This document shows positions 22,444 through 33,972 of a DNA stretch of 64,000 nt, piece by piece. Numbering within the stretch: position 1 is the stretch's first letter; every line of letters begins with the position of its first letter. Both the position numbers and the translations under genes were made by a program. Origin of the DNA: an uncultured Chloroflexia bacterium. GTDB lineage: Bacteria; Chloroflexota; Anaerolineae; CG2-30-64-16. Location of the stretch: contig CAWEMM010000012.1 in assembly GCA_963810095.1 (NCBI GenBank), forward strand, positions 320,001 through 384,000, read 5' to 3'. The notes beneath the pieces were generated by a model that saw nothing but the letters and a program-made list of their open reading frames with translations, made no database searches and had not been told where the DNA came from.

Positions 22444-24063
22444 ATGCGCACGCGTGCCCAAGTTCTCGAGCGCATCAGCCGGATCCTGACCCTGGCGGCC
22501 TTTGGGGTTGCGACGCTGAGCGTGATCGTCGCGCCCATGCTGGCGCTGTCCTGGTCCAACCGCCCCTTTCCCGGCTTCCTGATGGATCAGAACCTGGTTG
22601 CGACAGATCAGGGGGGCCAGGGCTGGCCCGGGCGCGCTGCCGGGATCAGTTTCCCTCAAAGGGTTACGCGCATCGGCGGGAGTGGCGTCGCCAACGACGC
22701 CGAGTATGTCGCCGCGCTCAAGGCGCTGGAGGTGGGCGACGTCGCGTCCATCTCGACGACCTCCCGCGACGGCAACAGCCGCTACTTCCCCTCGGTCGGC
22801 CTGATCGCCTTCCCGCGCACCGACCTCCTGCGGCTTTTTTGGATGCCCTACCTGATGGGCATCGCTTATCTGAGCATTGGGGCATGGATCTACCGCGCCC
22901 GCGGCGCCACGCCGCCGGGCCGCGCCCTCGCCTTTTTCTGCTTTGCCGCGGCTGTGGCCCAAGCCCTGTTTTTCGACATTTCTTCGACGCATGTCGGAAC
23001 CCCTATTTGGGCAATTGCGATCGCAGCGCTCGGCGGCTCGCTGCTGAGCCTCGCCATGCGGTTCCCGCAGGAGGCGCGCATCGTGCAACGCTTCCCCGGC
23101 CTACTCGGCGTGCCCTACCTGGTGTCGATCGTCATTGGGGTTTGGGCGGCCGTCTCCCTGTACGACACGGCTCACCCGTGGGAGTACCTCGTCGCGCGCG
23201 ACGTATCCTACCGGTACACGGGGATTGGCGGCATCCTGTTCCTGGGCACCATGTTCTTCCGCGCATTCCAGGGTCGCGAAGCGACGGTCCGAAGGCAGGC
23301 CCGCATCGTCCTCCTCGGCAGTGCGATCGCCTTCCTTCCGATCATCATCTGGATCATGACACCGGTTTTTGGCTTGCGACTGCACTTCGAGCCCGCACTG
23401 TACATGCCGTGGCTGGTCATCTTCCCGTTTAGCGTGGCTATTGCCATCTTCCGCTACCGCTTGCTCGAGATGGACGCCATCGTCAACCGGACCATCATGT
23501 GGGGCATGCTGACCGCGGTGCTCGCCGGACTGATCAGCGTCAGCATCACGGTGCTGCAGAAGATCTTCCAGGCCGCGACAGGCGAGAAGAGCGATGTGGC
23601 GGTGGTCCTGACTTCATTGATCCTGGTATCTGTGTTTACGCCCGTCAAGACACGCCTCCAGGCATTCCTCGACCGCACCTTCAAGGACTCGCCCGAGCAC
23701 ATCAAGACGCTGCGCGAGTTCGGCGGCGAGGTCCGGTCCTACGTCCAGATGAGCGATCGCATGCTGATGACCAAGCGGCTGCTCGACGAAGCCGCGACGG
23801 GCATGGGGGCTCAGTGCGGCGCGATCACGATGACCGAGAACGGCAACGGCCGGCTGGAGACGCTGCATACGTTCGGTAAGTGGCGCGGCGAGGCGTGGGT
23901 GGCGGCGCCGCTGGAGTATGACGGGAAACGCTTCGGTCTCCTGCTCCTTGGCCCTCGGGAAGGGCTGCGTCCGTACACTCGCGAGGAGTTCGCGGCCCTC
24001 CAGGGCGCCGCCAGCGAGGTCGCACACGCACTCGCGGTGGACAAGACCGAGCGAGGCCACTAG
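22444..24063 (+). CDS. Multi-TM sensor-like protein: periplasmic PDZ-like, about 8 TM helices, C-terminal GAF-like domain, no output domain
   Basis: AAGISFPQRVTRIGG; AIFRYRLLEMDAIV; APLEYDGKRFGLLLLGPREG..YTREE then stop. Confidence 0.7.
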   Translation: MRTRAQVLERISRILTLAAFGVATLSVIVAPMLALSWSNRPFPGFLMDQNLVATDQGGQGWPGRAAGISFPQRVTRIGGSGVANDAEYVAALKALEVGDVASISTTSRDGNSRYFPSVGLIAFPRTDLLRLFWMPYLMGIAYLSIGAWIYRARGATPPGRALAFFCFAAAVAQALFFDISSTHVGTPIWAIAIAALGGSLLSLAMRFPQEARIVQRFPGLLGVPYLVSIVIGVWAAVSLYDTAHPWEYLVARDVSYRYTGIGGILFLGTMFFRAFQGREATVRRQARIVLLGSAIAFLPIIIWIMTPVFGLRLHFEPALYMPWLVIFPFSVAIAIFRYRLLEMDAIVNRTIMWGMLTAVLAGLISVSITVLQKIFQAATGEKSDVAVVLTSLILVSVFTPVKTRLQAFLDRTFKDSPEHIKTLREFGGEVRSYVQMSDRMLMTKRLLDEAATGMGAQCGAITMTENGNGRLETLHTFGKWRGEAWVAAPLEYDGKRFGLLLLGPREGLRPYTREEFAALQGAASEVAHALAVDKTERGH

Positions 24064-24067
24064 AAAC

Positions 24068-24101
24068 AAAAACCAGGTCTCCTCCGGGATACCTGGTTTC
24101 T
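24068..24101. repeat. Family B palindrome
   Basis: aaaccaggtctc ... gatacctggtttct. Confidence 0.7.
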
Positions 24102-24120
24102 TTGTGGTCAGCGACCCGAC

Positions 24121-24219
24121 TAATTAGGACCCTGATTGAACGGATCGGACTGATTATCACGATCTTTGCCAAAGGACAGTGCAGATTAGTTCAATCAGTT
24201 GTATCGGCGTCCCATTTTA
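24121..24219 (+). repeat. Family C ~100-bp MITE-like element, copy 1
   Basis: Colinear with 50608-50708 (ctgattg..ggatc.gactgattatc.cgatctttgcc...gttcaatcagttg.atc.gcgtcccattt). Confidence 0.8.
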
Positions 24220-24254
24220 GATCAGTCTAAGTACAAACAAAGTGAAACTGCTGG

Positions 24255-24314
24255 ATGCCGGCGCTCCTTCGACTTCGCTCCGTCAGGGGCCGCAGTCGAA
24301 GGACGCCGGGACAT
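24255..24314. repeat. REP-like hairpin (CCTTCGACT...AGTCGAAGG), possible bidirectional terminator
   Basis: gccggcgctccttcgact ... agtcgaaggacgccgg. Confidence 0.55.
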
Positions 24315-24337
24315 CGCGCACTTTCTCCTTGGTTGTC

Positions 24338-26701
24338 CTTAGCGCAGCACCACGGTGACCTCAACCTGTGACTCGGCGAAGGGCACGACGTCGCCCGCGA
24401 TGGGTTGGCCGTTAACCTCAAGCGACACCGCGTTCCCCGGACCCTCCCGAACCACCCGGATTACGTAAAGCACGCCTCGGAAGACGCGGCGGGCGGTGAA
24501 GCCAGGCCAAGCGGAGGGAATGACCGGCGCGACACGCAGCCCGCGGTAGGTGGGGCGGATGCCGAGGATCCACTGGGTCGCGGCGACGTAGGTCCAGGCC
24601 GCCGTGCCGGTAAGCCACGAGTTGCGCCCCCTACCCGCATGCTGGTGTTCAGGGGCCGCGATATTCTGGCAGTAGACGTACGGCTCGGTGAGCAGCGTAT
24701 CCGCATCCGTCCGGGCGAGGGGCAGAATCTGGCGGTAATACTGATAGGCCAGCTCGCCCTTGCCAAGCTGGGCCGCAGCAACGACGGCCCAGGAGTTCGC
24801 GTGGCAGAAAATACCGCCGTTCTCCTTCACTCCCGGCGGATAGGTGGTCGTGCCGCGCACCCGCTCATCATAGCCGGCGTAGGCCGGCGCCATGAGGCGC
24901 AGCCCGTACTGGCAGTTGAGCTGGTCATGGGCGGCGGCCATGCCCTGCTCGGCGCGCACGCGGTCCAGCTCGCCGATGACGGCCCAGGTCTGCGGGTTGA
25001 GGCTGATACGGTGCTGTTCCGCCGCGGCCACGCCGACCGGAGCGCCCGCATCGTCGTAGGCCCGCAGATAATACCCGCCATCCCAACCGTGCTGCTCCAC
25101 AGCGGCGGCCATCTCCCGGTAGGCGCCGGCAAGCCGCTCGGCATCTGCCGTCCGGCCGAGGTGCGCGGCGAGCTCGGAGAAATCGAGCGCCGCCCGGCAG
25201 AACTGCTGCCCCGTCCACACGCTCTCGGCCCGCCCACTGCCGTGGTCGAGGTTCATCGTGTCGTCCCAGTCGGCGAACCCGAGGCGGGGCAGCCCGTGCG
25301 GCCCAAGGTGCTCGAGCGTGAACGCCACCGCCCGCTCCATGTGCGCCCACACCGGCTCTTCACCCGCGTCCTGGTAAGGCAGCCCCTCGTCAAGGAATCC
25401 GAAGTCGCCGGTCTCCTTCAGATAGCTGCACGTCGCAATCACCAGCCATAGGTGGTCGTCGCTAAACCACTGCGGCCACTGGGGGAACTCGCCTGCAAGG
25501 CCCGGCCCGCCTTCGCCCGTCAGCGGGAACACCTGGTGCCAGGCATGACCGCCGGCGAACTGGAGCTGCCACAGCATCCGCAGCACCCCCTTGGCATGCT
25601 CGGGCGCGTTATGGACCGTGCCCAGCGTGTCCTGCGCCGAGTCGCGCGTGCCCATGCCTCGGCCCAGTCCCGTGTCATAGCCGGAGGCGAAACGAGACCA
25701 GAACAGGTTGGCTCGGCACTGGATGGGGTTCCAGACGTTCACCATCGCCTGCATCTCGGCATCGGGCAACTCGACGGTGAACGCGTCGAGGTAGCGGTCC
25801 CAATCCGTGCCAAGCGCAGCATAGGCGTCGCCAACAGCTTGCTTTTCGCTGTAGCGCCCTACTGCCACCGGGATCGCCGCCGGCTCGTCGGTCACGCCGA
25901 GGATGTAGATGATTTCTCGCTCCTCGCCCGGGTCCAACTCCCACCTGTGCACCAGGCACCCGATATTGTTGCCGCGGGCGCGAGGGAATTGCCCGCCCTG
26001 CCGGCCTCGACGACCTGGGGGTTCGCTAGGCTGCGGCCGCGGCCAACGAACGCCTCCCGGTCGGTCTCAAACCCGCTGTACGGCTCGGAGGCGCCCAGGA
26101 AGCTGCGGGTGGGCCGGAAGATTGCGCCCGCCGCCAGATGGCACGGCCCGGCCTCAGAGAACATGATCTGCTGGGCCCAATCGAGGTTTTGCTGGTCCGT
26201 GATGGCGTCCCAGTACCCGAACTCGGCATACGAGAAGGCCGCCAGCCGCCGGGTCCGGTCTGAGAGGTTGCGTAAGCGCAGCACCCACAGCTCGCACGCC
26301 GCGCCGGCGGGCTGGTCGGGCGGGACGAAGTACAGGAGATCCGCACGGATGCCCCCGTACTCGCTGCCGATGCGGGTATAGCCCGCGCCGTGGCGGGACT
26401 CGTACGCGTCAAGCCGCACCTGCGGCATCGGCTGCCACGTGGGGCTCCAGTAGGCGCCAGAGTCGCGGTCGCGGAGGTAAATGTAGCGGCCGGGTTGGTC
26501 GGCGGGGATCGAGTTGTAACGGTAGCGGGTCACCCGGCGGTTGCGCGGGTCGCGATCGAACGAGTAGCCACCCGCGGTGTTGGAGATGATCCCGCCGTAG
26601 CCGCCCTGCCCCAGATAGTTCAGCCACGGCGTAGGGGTGTCGGGCCGGGTAATCACATATTCGCGGCGCGCCGCGTCATAGTAGCCGTAGGGATTTGACA
26701 T
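24338..26701 (-). CDS. GH94 glycoside phosphorylase 2, specificity uncertain (frameshift near 25960)
   Basis: YGYYD..REYVIT.PDTPTPWLNYLG, GRGMGTRDSAQD, ADWDDT, KENGGIFCH, SWLTGTAAW. Confidence 0.88.
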
Positions 26702-26726
26702 CGGAGTCCTCGGAGGGCGCTACGGC

Positions 26727-26766
26727 TTGCGCGATGCAGTCTTCAGACTCGTCTGACATCGCGCAA
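26727..26766 (-). terminator. Stem-loop between the GH94 genes
   Basis: cttgcgcgatg ... catcgcgcaag inverted repeat. Confidence 0.45.
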
Positions 26767-26778
26767 GTCGCGGTCGGG

Positions 26779-29255
26779 CTATTTTAGGACGACGCGAACG
26801 CTCACTTCGCTGCCCGGTGTGGCGAACGGGACGATATCCCCGGCAAGGGGCCGGCCGTCGACGGTGAGCAGCGCATGGTTGCCCGGCCCTTCACGCTCCA
26901 CGGTAATGTGGTACGCTGCGCCCCGGCAGACCCGCTCGGCCGTGAAGCCCGACCATCAGGCGGGATGACCGGCGCGACACGGAGGCCCGCATGCTCGGGC
27001 CGGATACCCAGAATCCACTGCGTGATCGCCACGTAGTTCCACGCTGCGGTGCCGCTGAGCCACGAGTTCTTGGCCTCGCCGTGCACGCCCGCTCCTTGCG
27101 CGGGTACTGCATCGCGACCCGCAATCATCTGCGCGTACACGTAAGGCTCGCAGCGGTGCAGATCGCTGATCCCTTCCCGGGCGGAGGGGTTGATGCGCAG
27201 GTAATAGTCGAACGCGGCCGCGCCGTTGCCCAGCTTCGCCTCGCCAATCATGATCCACGGGTTCGTGTGGCAGAAGATACCAGCGTTTTCCTTGTATCCG
27301 GGGGGATACGTCGAGATTTCGCCAAGGTGCAGGTAATACTGCGAATAGGCCGGCTGCTGCAGGACGATGCCGTGAGGGGTGGCCAGGCGCTCGGCCACCG
27401 AGTCGAGGGCCTGCCGCGCTCGGCCGTCCGCCATGCCGATGCCGGCCATGACGCACATGCCCTGCGGCTCGATGAAGATCTGGCCTTCCTCGTTCCAGTG
27501 GGACCCGATGGGCCGGCTGAAGTTGTCGTAGGCCCGGCGGAACCAGGCGCCGTCCCAACCGGCCTGCTCCACAACCGCCGTCATGGTCCTCCCCGCTGCC
27601 CGATAGCCGGCGGCCTCGTCCGCCTTGCCACAAACCTCGGCCACCTGCGCCATTTCGTCGCTGGCCAGGACGAACAAGCCGGCGATGAACACGGACTCGG
27701 CAGTGATCCCGTCCTGGTTCGTGGTGGTTTGGAAGGACTCGCCCGGCGTGGTGGAAAAGCAGTTGAGGTTAAGGCAGTCGTTCCAGTCTGCCCGGCCAAT
27801 CAGGGGCAGGCGGTGCGGGCCAAGCCGTTCGAGCGTGTAGCCCATGCTGCGCTGCAAATGCTCGTAAAGCGGCATTTCGGTGCCGGGCTCGTTGTCGTAC
27901 GGGACCAGCTCGTCGAGGATCGTGAGGTCGCCGGTTTCCTTCAAGTAGGCGGCCACCCCGAGCACGAGCCAAAGCGGGTCGTCGTTGAAATTCGTGCCCA
28001 CCAGGTCGTTCCCGCGCTTGGTCAGCGGCTGGTACTGGTGATAAGCGCCGCCCGAGGGCAGCTGCGTCGCCGCCAGGTCGATGATGCGCTCGCGCGCCCG
28101 CTCGGGGATCATGTGCACGAACCCGAGTAGGTCCTGGTTCGAGTCGCGGAAGCCCATGCCGCGGCCGACGCCCGACTCATAGAAAGAGGCCGAACGCGAC
28201 ATGTTGAACGTGATCATGCATTGGTATGCGTTCCAGATGTCGACCGACCGGTTGGTGTGTTCGTCCGGTGTATGCACCTGGAACTTGCCGAGGAGTTCGT
28301 CCCAGTAGCCGCGCAGCGCCTCAAACGCAGTGCGTACGGCTTGCGGGTCAAGAAACTGCTGCAGCAGCGGCTTTACGCGGCGCTTGTTGATCGTCTGGCT
28401 GCCCGGCGGATCAAACTTATCCTCCTGCGGGTTCTCCATGTAGCCGAGCACGAAGATGACGACGCGGCTCTCGCCCGGCGCCAGCGTCAGGCGAACCCGG
28501 TGCGAGCCCACGGGCGCCCACCCGTACGCAACGGAGTTCCCGGCCGCACCCCTCTCCACAGCTTGCGGGTTATCCCAACCCCGGTACGGTCCCAGGAAGG
28601 CCTCGCGCTGCGTGTCAAACCCGGCCACGGGCTCGGAGCAGGCAAAATAGGCGAAATGATCGCGGCGCTCACGGTACTCGGTCTTGTGGTAGATGACGCC
28701 GTCATCCACCTCGACCTGGCCGGTGGAGAAGTTGCGCTGGAAGTTCGTCCCGTCGTCCCATGCGTCCCACAGGCAGAACTCGATGGCGGAAAACACGGAG
28801 AGTTCCGCGGGAGTCGCGCGCTCGTTGCTCAGCGTGAGCTGCCAGACCTCCAGGTTCTGATTCAGCGGCACAAAGTAGAGCGTCTCGGCTCGAATCCCGC
28901 CCGACTTGGAGCCAATGACCGTGTACCCCATGCCGTGGCGGCAAGTATAGTCCTCGACCGGGGTCCGCGTCGGCTGCCAGGATGGCGACCAGGCCGCGCT
29001 CTGGGTGCCGTTTGCGTCGGGCGCATCGTCGCGGATGTACAGGTAGCGTCCGCCGGTATCGAATGGGACGTTATTGTAGCGATAGCGCGTCAGCCGGCGC
29101 AGCCGGGCATCGCGATAGAAAGAATAACCGCCGGCCGTGTTAGAGATGAGACCGAAATATGCCTGGCTGCCGAGGTAGTTGATCCAGGGCAAGGGGGTGT
29201 CGGGCTGCGTGATGACGTATTCACGGCGAGCATCGTCGAAGTATCCGTAGCGCAT
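26779..29255 (-). CDS. cbpA: GH94 cellobiose phosphorylase (frameshift near C-terminus)
   Basis: GRGMGFRDSNQD and GRADWNDCLNLNCFSTTPGESFQ, characteristic of cellobiose phosphorylases. Confidence 0.85.
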
Positions 29256-29392
29256 ATCTACCTCGTTTCGGTTCCTTTACGACAGACCCCAGCGCGTACC
29301 GCGATCACGAGGCGAGAAAAGCCGCGTTTCGCGCCGTGCGGCGCGTAGGTCGCATCCTCGTGCCCGGGCAAGTTCGCACTGAGCCGTCTATG

Positions 29393-30445
29393 TCATGCTG
29401 TGTAGGGTGCGAACCGTCTGGCCTGACCGCACGACTCGCGGACGACCAGTTCCGTGCCCAGCACCGTGCGCTGCCCCTGGGCCAGCGGCGGCTCGCCTTC
29501 GGGTGCGCGCAGCAAGTCGTCGATCAATACGCTCGCGGCGGTGTACCCCAGGCGGTAGATTGGCTGGCGAACGGTCGTCAGCGGCGTCTCGAGCGCCGAC
29601 GCAAGCGGGATGTCGTCGAAGCCGACCAGCGCGATGTCGTCGGGCACCCGGAGTCCCGCGGCCCGGATTGCCTTCAAGGCGCCGATCGCCATGTTGTCGC
29701 TCGCGGCAAACACAGCCTCGGGCCGGCGCGGCAAGCGCAGGAGCGCATCCATCGCCCGGCTCCCGCTCCACTCAGACCAGTCGCCCTCCTGGACAAAACT
29801 GTCGGGCGGTTCGATGTGGGCGGCGCGCAGGGCTGCCAGATAACCATCGCGGCGATCGAGCGCAGCGGTCATGCCCAGCGGTCCGGTGATGGTCGCGACG
29901 CCGGTGCAGCCAAGGCGCAGCAGGTGCTGTACGGCCACCGCGGCGCCACGCACGTTATCCACGTCCACGCTGGTCAATGCACCCGGATAGTCGGACCGCC
30001 CGACGAGCACGAACGGCATGCCCTCCTGCGTGAGTTGGGCGACGTACTTGTTATCGGTGAGCGAAGCGGCCACCACCAGGCCATCGAGATGGCCGCCGCG
30101 CACGATGCGCGTAAGGGTTTCGGATACGGTCATGACCGGAAACGAAAGGAGCATGAAGTAGCCACGCTCTTCGCAGGCGGCCGACACACCCTGGATCAGC
30201 ATGGGGAAATAGGGATCGGCGAAGACCGCACTCATGCTCTGGGGCACGACCAGGCCAATCAGCTGGCTTCGCCGGCTTGCCAGGGCGCGCGCCGCGGCAT
30301 TGGGGTGATAGTTCTGCTCGTGGATTACCTGCTGCACGCGCGCACGCGTTCCAGGATCGACGCTAGGGTGATCGTTTACGACGCGCGACACGGTGGAGCG
30401 GGACACTCCGGCCAGTTCGGCAATTTGTTCCAGGGTGGGTGACAT
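29393..30445 (-). CDS. LacI-family regulator
   Basis: TLEQIAELAGVSRSTVSRVVN; VGFDD; LTTVRQP. Confidence 0.93.
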   Translation of the reverse strand: MSPTLEQIAELAGVSRSTVSRVVNDHPSVDPGTRARVQQVIHEQNYHPNAAARALASRRSQLIGLVVPQSMSAVFADPYFPMLIQGVSAACEERGYFMLLSFPVMTVSETLTRIVRGGHLDGLVVAASLTDNKYVAQLTQEGMPFVLVGRSDYPGALTSVDVDNVRGAAVAVQHLLRLGCTGVATITGPLGMTAALDRRDGYLAALRAAHIEPPDSFVQEGDWSEWSGSRAMDALLRLPRRPEAVFAASDNMAIGALKAIRAAGLRVPDDIALVGFDDIPLASALETPLTTVRQPIYRLGYTAASVLIDDLLRAPEGEPPLAQGQRTVLGTELVVRESCGQARRFAPYTA

Positions 30446-30463
30446 CAGATTTCACACGGTAGA

Positions 30464-30477
30464 TAACAGCGCTCTCA
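30464..30477. promoter_or_regulatory. LacI operator (TAACAGCGCTCTCA)
   Basis: Matches TGACAGCGCTTTCA at 40710; just upstream of the lacI start. Confidence 0.55.
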
Positions 30478-30546
30478 GAAACAGGCACATATGAAACACA
30501 GCCGCGGCGCCAACGGCCGGCATTCTTGGCAAGCTACCAGGCAACC

Positions 30547-33035
30547 TCAGTGCGTGTACGTCTCGTAAACGGAGTGCACGCGCAGCGCCGCCCGCGCCTC
30601 TGCCAGGTCCCACCCGTCGGGCAGCGGGGCTGTGACACGGCGTGGCATTGCGGCGGGCAGATCGAAGTAATTGTCGCTCAAGACCACGTCCGCACCGGCA
30701 AAGCTGATTTCGACGAGGCGGGCGAGCGACGATGCCGCAACTTCGACGACCAGCTGCCCGTCCGCCAATGTCACTTCGCACTTGATCTGCGGGTCGACCA
30801 GCGACAGGTGTTTGGTCGGGACAAAGAACGCGGTCTGCACCGCCAACCGCCGGTCGCCCTCCCACAACTCGGCCACGAAGACCAGTTCCCGGCGGCTGTC
30901 GACGTCGAGGAAGCGGGAGAAGTCGAGCTTCGCCACCTCGGTCACGCCCTGCGGTTCCACGCTTGCAGCCTGCTCGCCCGCATCCAGCACCTTGCCGTCG
31001 AGCGTCGTCAGCGTCCAGCGCACGCGACCGCGCCACGCCTCGCGCAGGTCGCTGCTGAGAAAGACCGACTGGAACGGGGACGCGTCCTCAATCGACAGCA
31101 TGAGCGGCGCATAGAAGCGCCGGGCGGCGTAATGCAGGGCTTTCCAGCGGCCGAAGTAGTCGACGCTGGACCACGAAGCGACCGGCCAGCAGTCGTTCAA
31201 CTGCCAATAGAGCGTGCCAGCGACACGATCCGTGTGCCGGCGCCAGTGTTCCACGCCGTAGCGGATGCCCTCGGCCTGCAGCACCATGCTCAGGTACACC
31301 AGTGACTCGAAGTCCTTTGGCATCCGGAACGTGTCGAGCATCTGGCCCACCATCAGCGAGTTACCGCTGTCGTTCTTCTGGTGCTGGTCCATCACGTAGG
31401 ACGTCATGTTCCAGTCGGCCTCGGCCGCGTAGGTGCGAATGGTCTCCAGAGGCGGCAGCGCCTGGAAGCCGAACTCGCTCATGAAGCGGGGGTACTGCTT
31501 GCGGTACGCCGTGAACGGCTTGCGGCCGTGCCACACGTCCCAGTAGTGGGCGTCACCCTGCACCTGGCCGTTGGGATTCTGCGAAGGGGGTATCGGACGA
31601 AGGTGAGCTGGGCCAATACGCACGGTCGGGGTCATCCGCGGCCACCCACTCGGGCAGCGTGTGGTGGAAGAAGCGATCGTAAGCTGCCTTCAGGCCCTCG
31701 AGCTCGCGCCCGTGCCAGCCCCACTCGACCCACCCTTGCTCCATCTCGTTGTTGCCACACCACAGCGCCAGGCTCGCCCGGTGCCGCAGCCGCCGCACGT
31801 TCTCGACCACTTCGACACGCACGTTCTCGACGAACTCGGGCCTATCCAGCGGGTAGATGCTGCACGAAAAGATAAAGTCCTGCCAGACCAGAATGCCGTA
31901 GCGGTCGCACAGGTCGTAGAAGGTCTCGTCCTCGTAGAAGCCGCCGCCCCACACCCGCAGCATGTTCTGGTGCGTGTCTGCCGCGGCCCGAATCAGCCCT
32001 TCGAGGCTCGCCTCGGTCAAGCGGGTGGGGAAGGAATCGGCCGGAATCCAGTTGGAGCCTTTGGCGAAAATACGCACCCCGTTCACCACGAACTCGAAGG
32101 ACCGCCCCCACTCGTCGGGCTCCTGCCGGAGCTCGAGCGTGCGCAGACCGATCTGGTAAGAACGACGATCGAGCGCGGCATTCGTAGGAACCGGGCCCGG
32201 CGAGACCCGGTTTGTCAGCGCAACCTCGACGCGGTAAAGCGGCTGCTCGCCCAAACCGTTCGGCCACCACAGCTGCGGTTCTGCGACCTCGAGCGCAAGG
32301 AAGCCGTCAGTAGGCGCGGGCAGGTCCCCACTGACGGATTGCGTCGCGCCGTCTGGCGCCGTGAGTGTGAGCGTGGCGGAGAGGCCGGTGGCCCAGTTCT
32401 CGACTGTGATGCCGGCGGAGAGAGTCACCTTCCCGTCCCGGTGCGACTGGCGCAGATGCACGTCGGCCAGCCGAGCGGAGTACGCCTTCCAGCCGGATGT
32501 CCTTCCAGATTCCGACGGGCGGCAGCTGCGGCCCCCAGTCCCAGCCAAACTGGCACGGCGCCTTGCGCACATGGGGGCCGCCCGGGATGGCCTGCGAGAC
32601 GCCGAGAAGCTGGCGGACCTCTCCTTGTTCGGCGGCGTACTTCACCGACGACGCGAACGCGATCCGCAGCTCGTTCGCCTCAGCCTTGAGCCAGGGCTTT
32701 ACGTCCCAGCGGTACTGGCGGAACATGTTGTCCGTGCGGCCCAACTCATGGCCGTTGAGAGTCACGGTCGCCAGGGTATCGAGCCCGTCGCAAACGAGCC
32801 AAATGGCCGGCTGCTGCAGCAATCCCGGCGTCACTTCGAACTCGCGGCAATACTCCCAGTCGCTCTCGGCCACCCACTGCACCCGGCGCTCGTTGTCGCC
32901 CACGAACGGGTCGGGAATGCGGCCCAGGGCCAGCAGGTCGGTGTGCACGCCGCCGGGGACGGTGGCGGGGAGCCATTCGGCCGCGCCACATTGGCGGAAC
33001 TGCCAGGCGCCGGACAATGATTGCTGGTTCGTCAT
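30547..33035 (-). CDS. GH2 beta-mannosidase (frameshifted)
   Basis: ATVPGGVHTDL, RKAPCQFGWDWGP, FAKGSNWIPAD, NMLRVWGGG, LWCGNNE, RFMSEFGFQ, YWQLNDCWP. Confidence 0.92.
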
Positions 33036-33103
33036 GCGTCTCCTCAAAAACTGGCTGTGGAGCCCAGCGCCCTCAGGCGGCGCCCGCAGGCGGTTCCCTC
33101 AAC

Positions 33104-33958
33104 TCAACGCGGTCCAAATGGCTGCAAGGCGCGGTAATCCAGTAGAATGATGCCTTCCGCCTCGACAATCTCGGCGGCTTCCTGCGATACGAAGAAGTCG
33201 TAGTCGGCCTGGCGGGTGCGGTCCGCCCCCGGCTCAATCGCCAGCAACTCGGGCGTGTCAAGGCCCGGATGCACGGCCCACTCGCTCAGACCGGCGGGCA
33301 ACTCGTGCAGCAGCCGGGCATAATGAGCGGCTTTGGTCGCCGGGTGCAGCCCATAGCTGTCCAGCAGGTCGTGATCCGCGGTCGGAAACCCGCGGCCTTG
33401 CAGGGTCTCGATCCAGGGCCGGAAGCCCGCCCGCAGCGCAAGGCCGTACGCCCGTGCCAGCTTGAACATGACCTCGAGGATATCGGGCCGCTGCGCAATG
33501 CGCAGCGAGTGCCAGTCCAGGTGGGTGGGGTGCAAGCCGGCATCGAGCACGACTTCGATCTGCGCCCGGAACTCCCGTTCGAGCTCGTCCAGCCTGACGT
33601 GGGCCAGGAAATCCTGCATCTGGTCGAAGGTGGAAAAATAGCGCGCCCCATCGACCAGCGACGGCGACTTCTCCGCCCCGGTTAGGGGTCCCCAGCGGTA
33701 GTCGGCGCCATCGCCAATGGCAGTGAGATGAATCGCAAACGGTATCTCGGGATGGCCGGCAAGGAAGCGCGTCGGCGTGCAGCGACCAGGCGCAGGGGAC
33801 CATCAGGCTGGTCGACCGGACGACTTCCCTCCCAACGTGCCAATGATCGCTTCATTTACCCCGTGGCACATCCCGAAATCGTCCGCGTTGACGATCAAGA
33901 AGCGGGCATCGGCCGGATAACCCAGCAGCCGGTTCGTCAGGCCAGTCAACGCAGTCAT
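33104..33958 (-). CDS. ChbG/YdjC-family carbohydrate deacetylase (frameshifted)
   Basis: LIVNADDFG, RAQIE, PTHLDWH, EWAVHPG. Confidence 0.85.
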
Positions 33959-33972
33959 GGTCTCGCCGCCGT

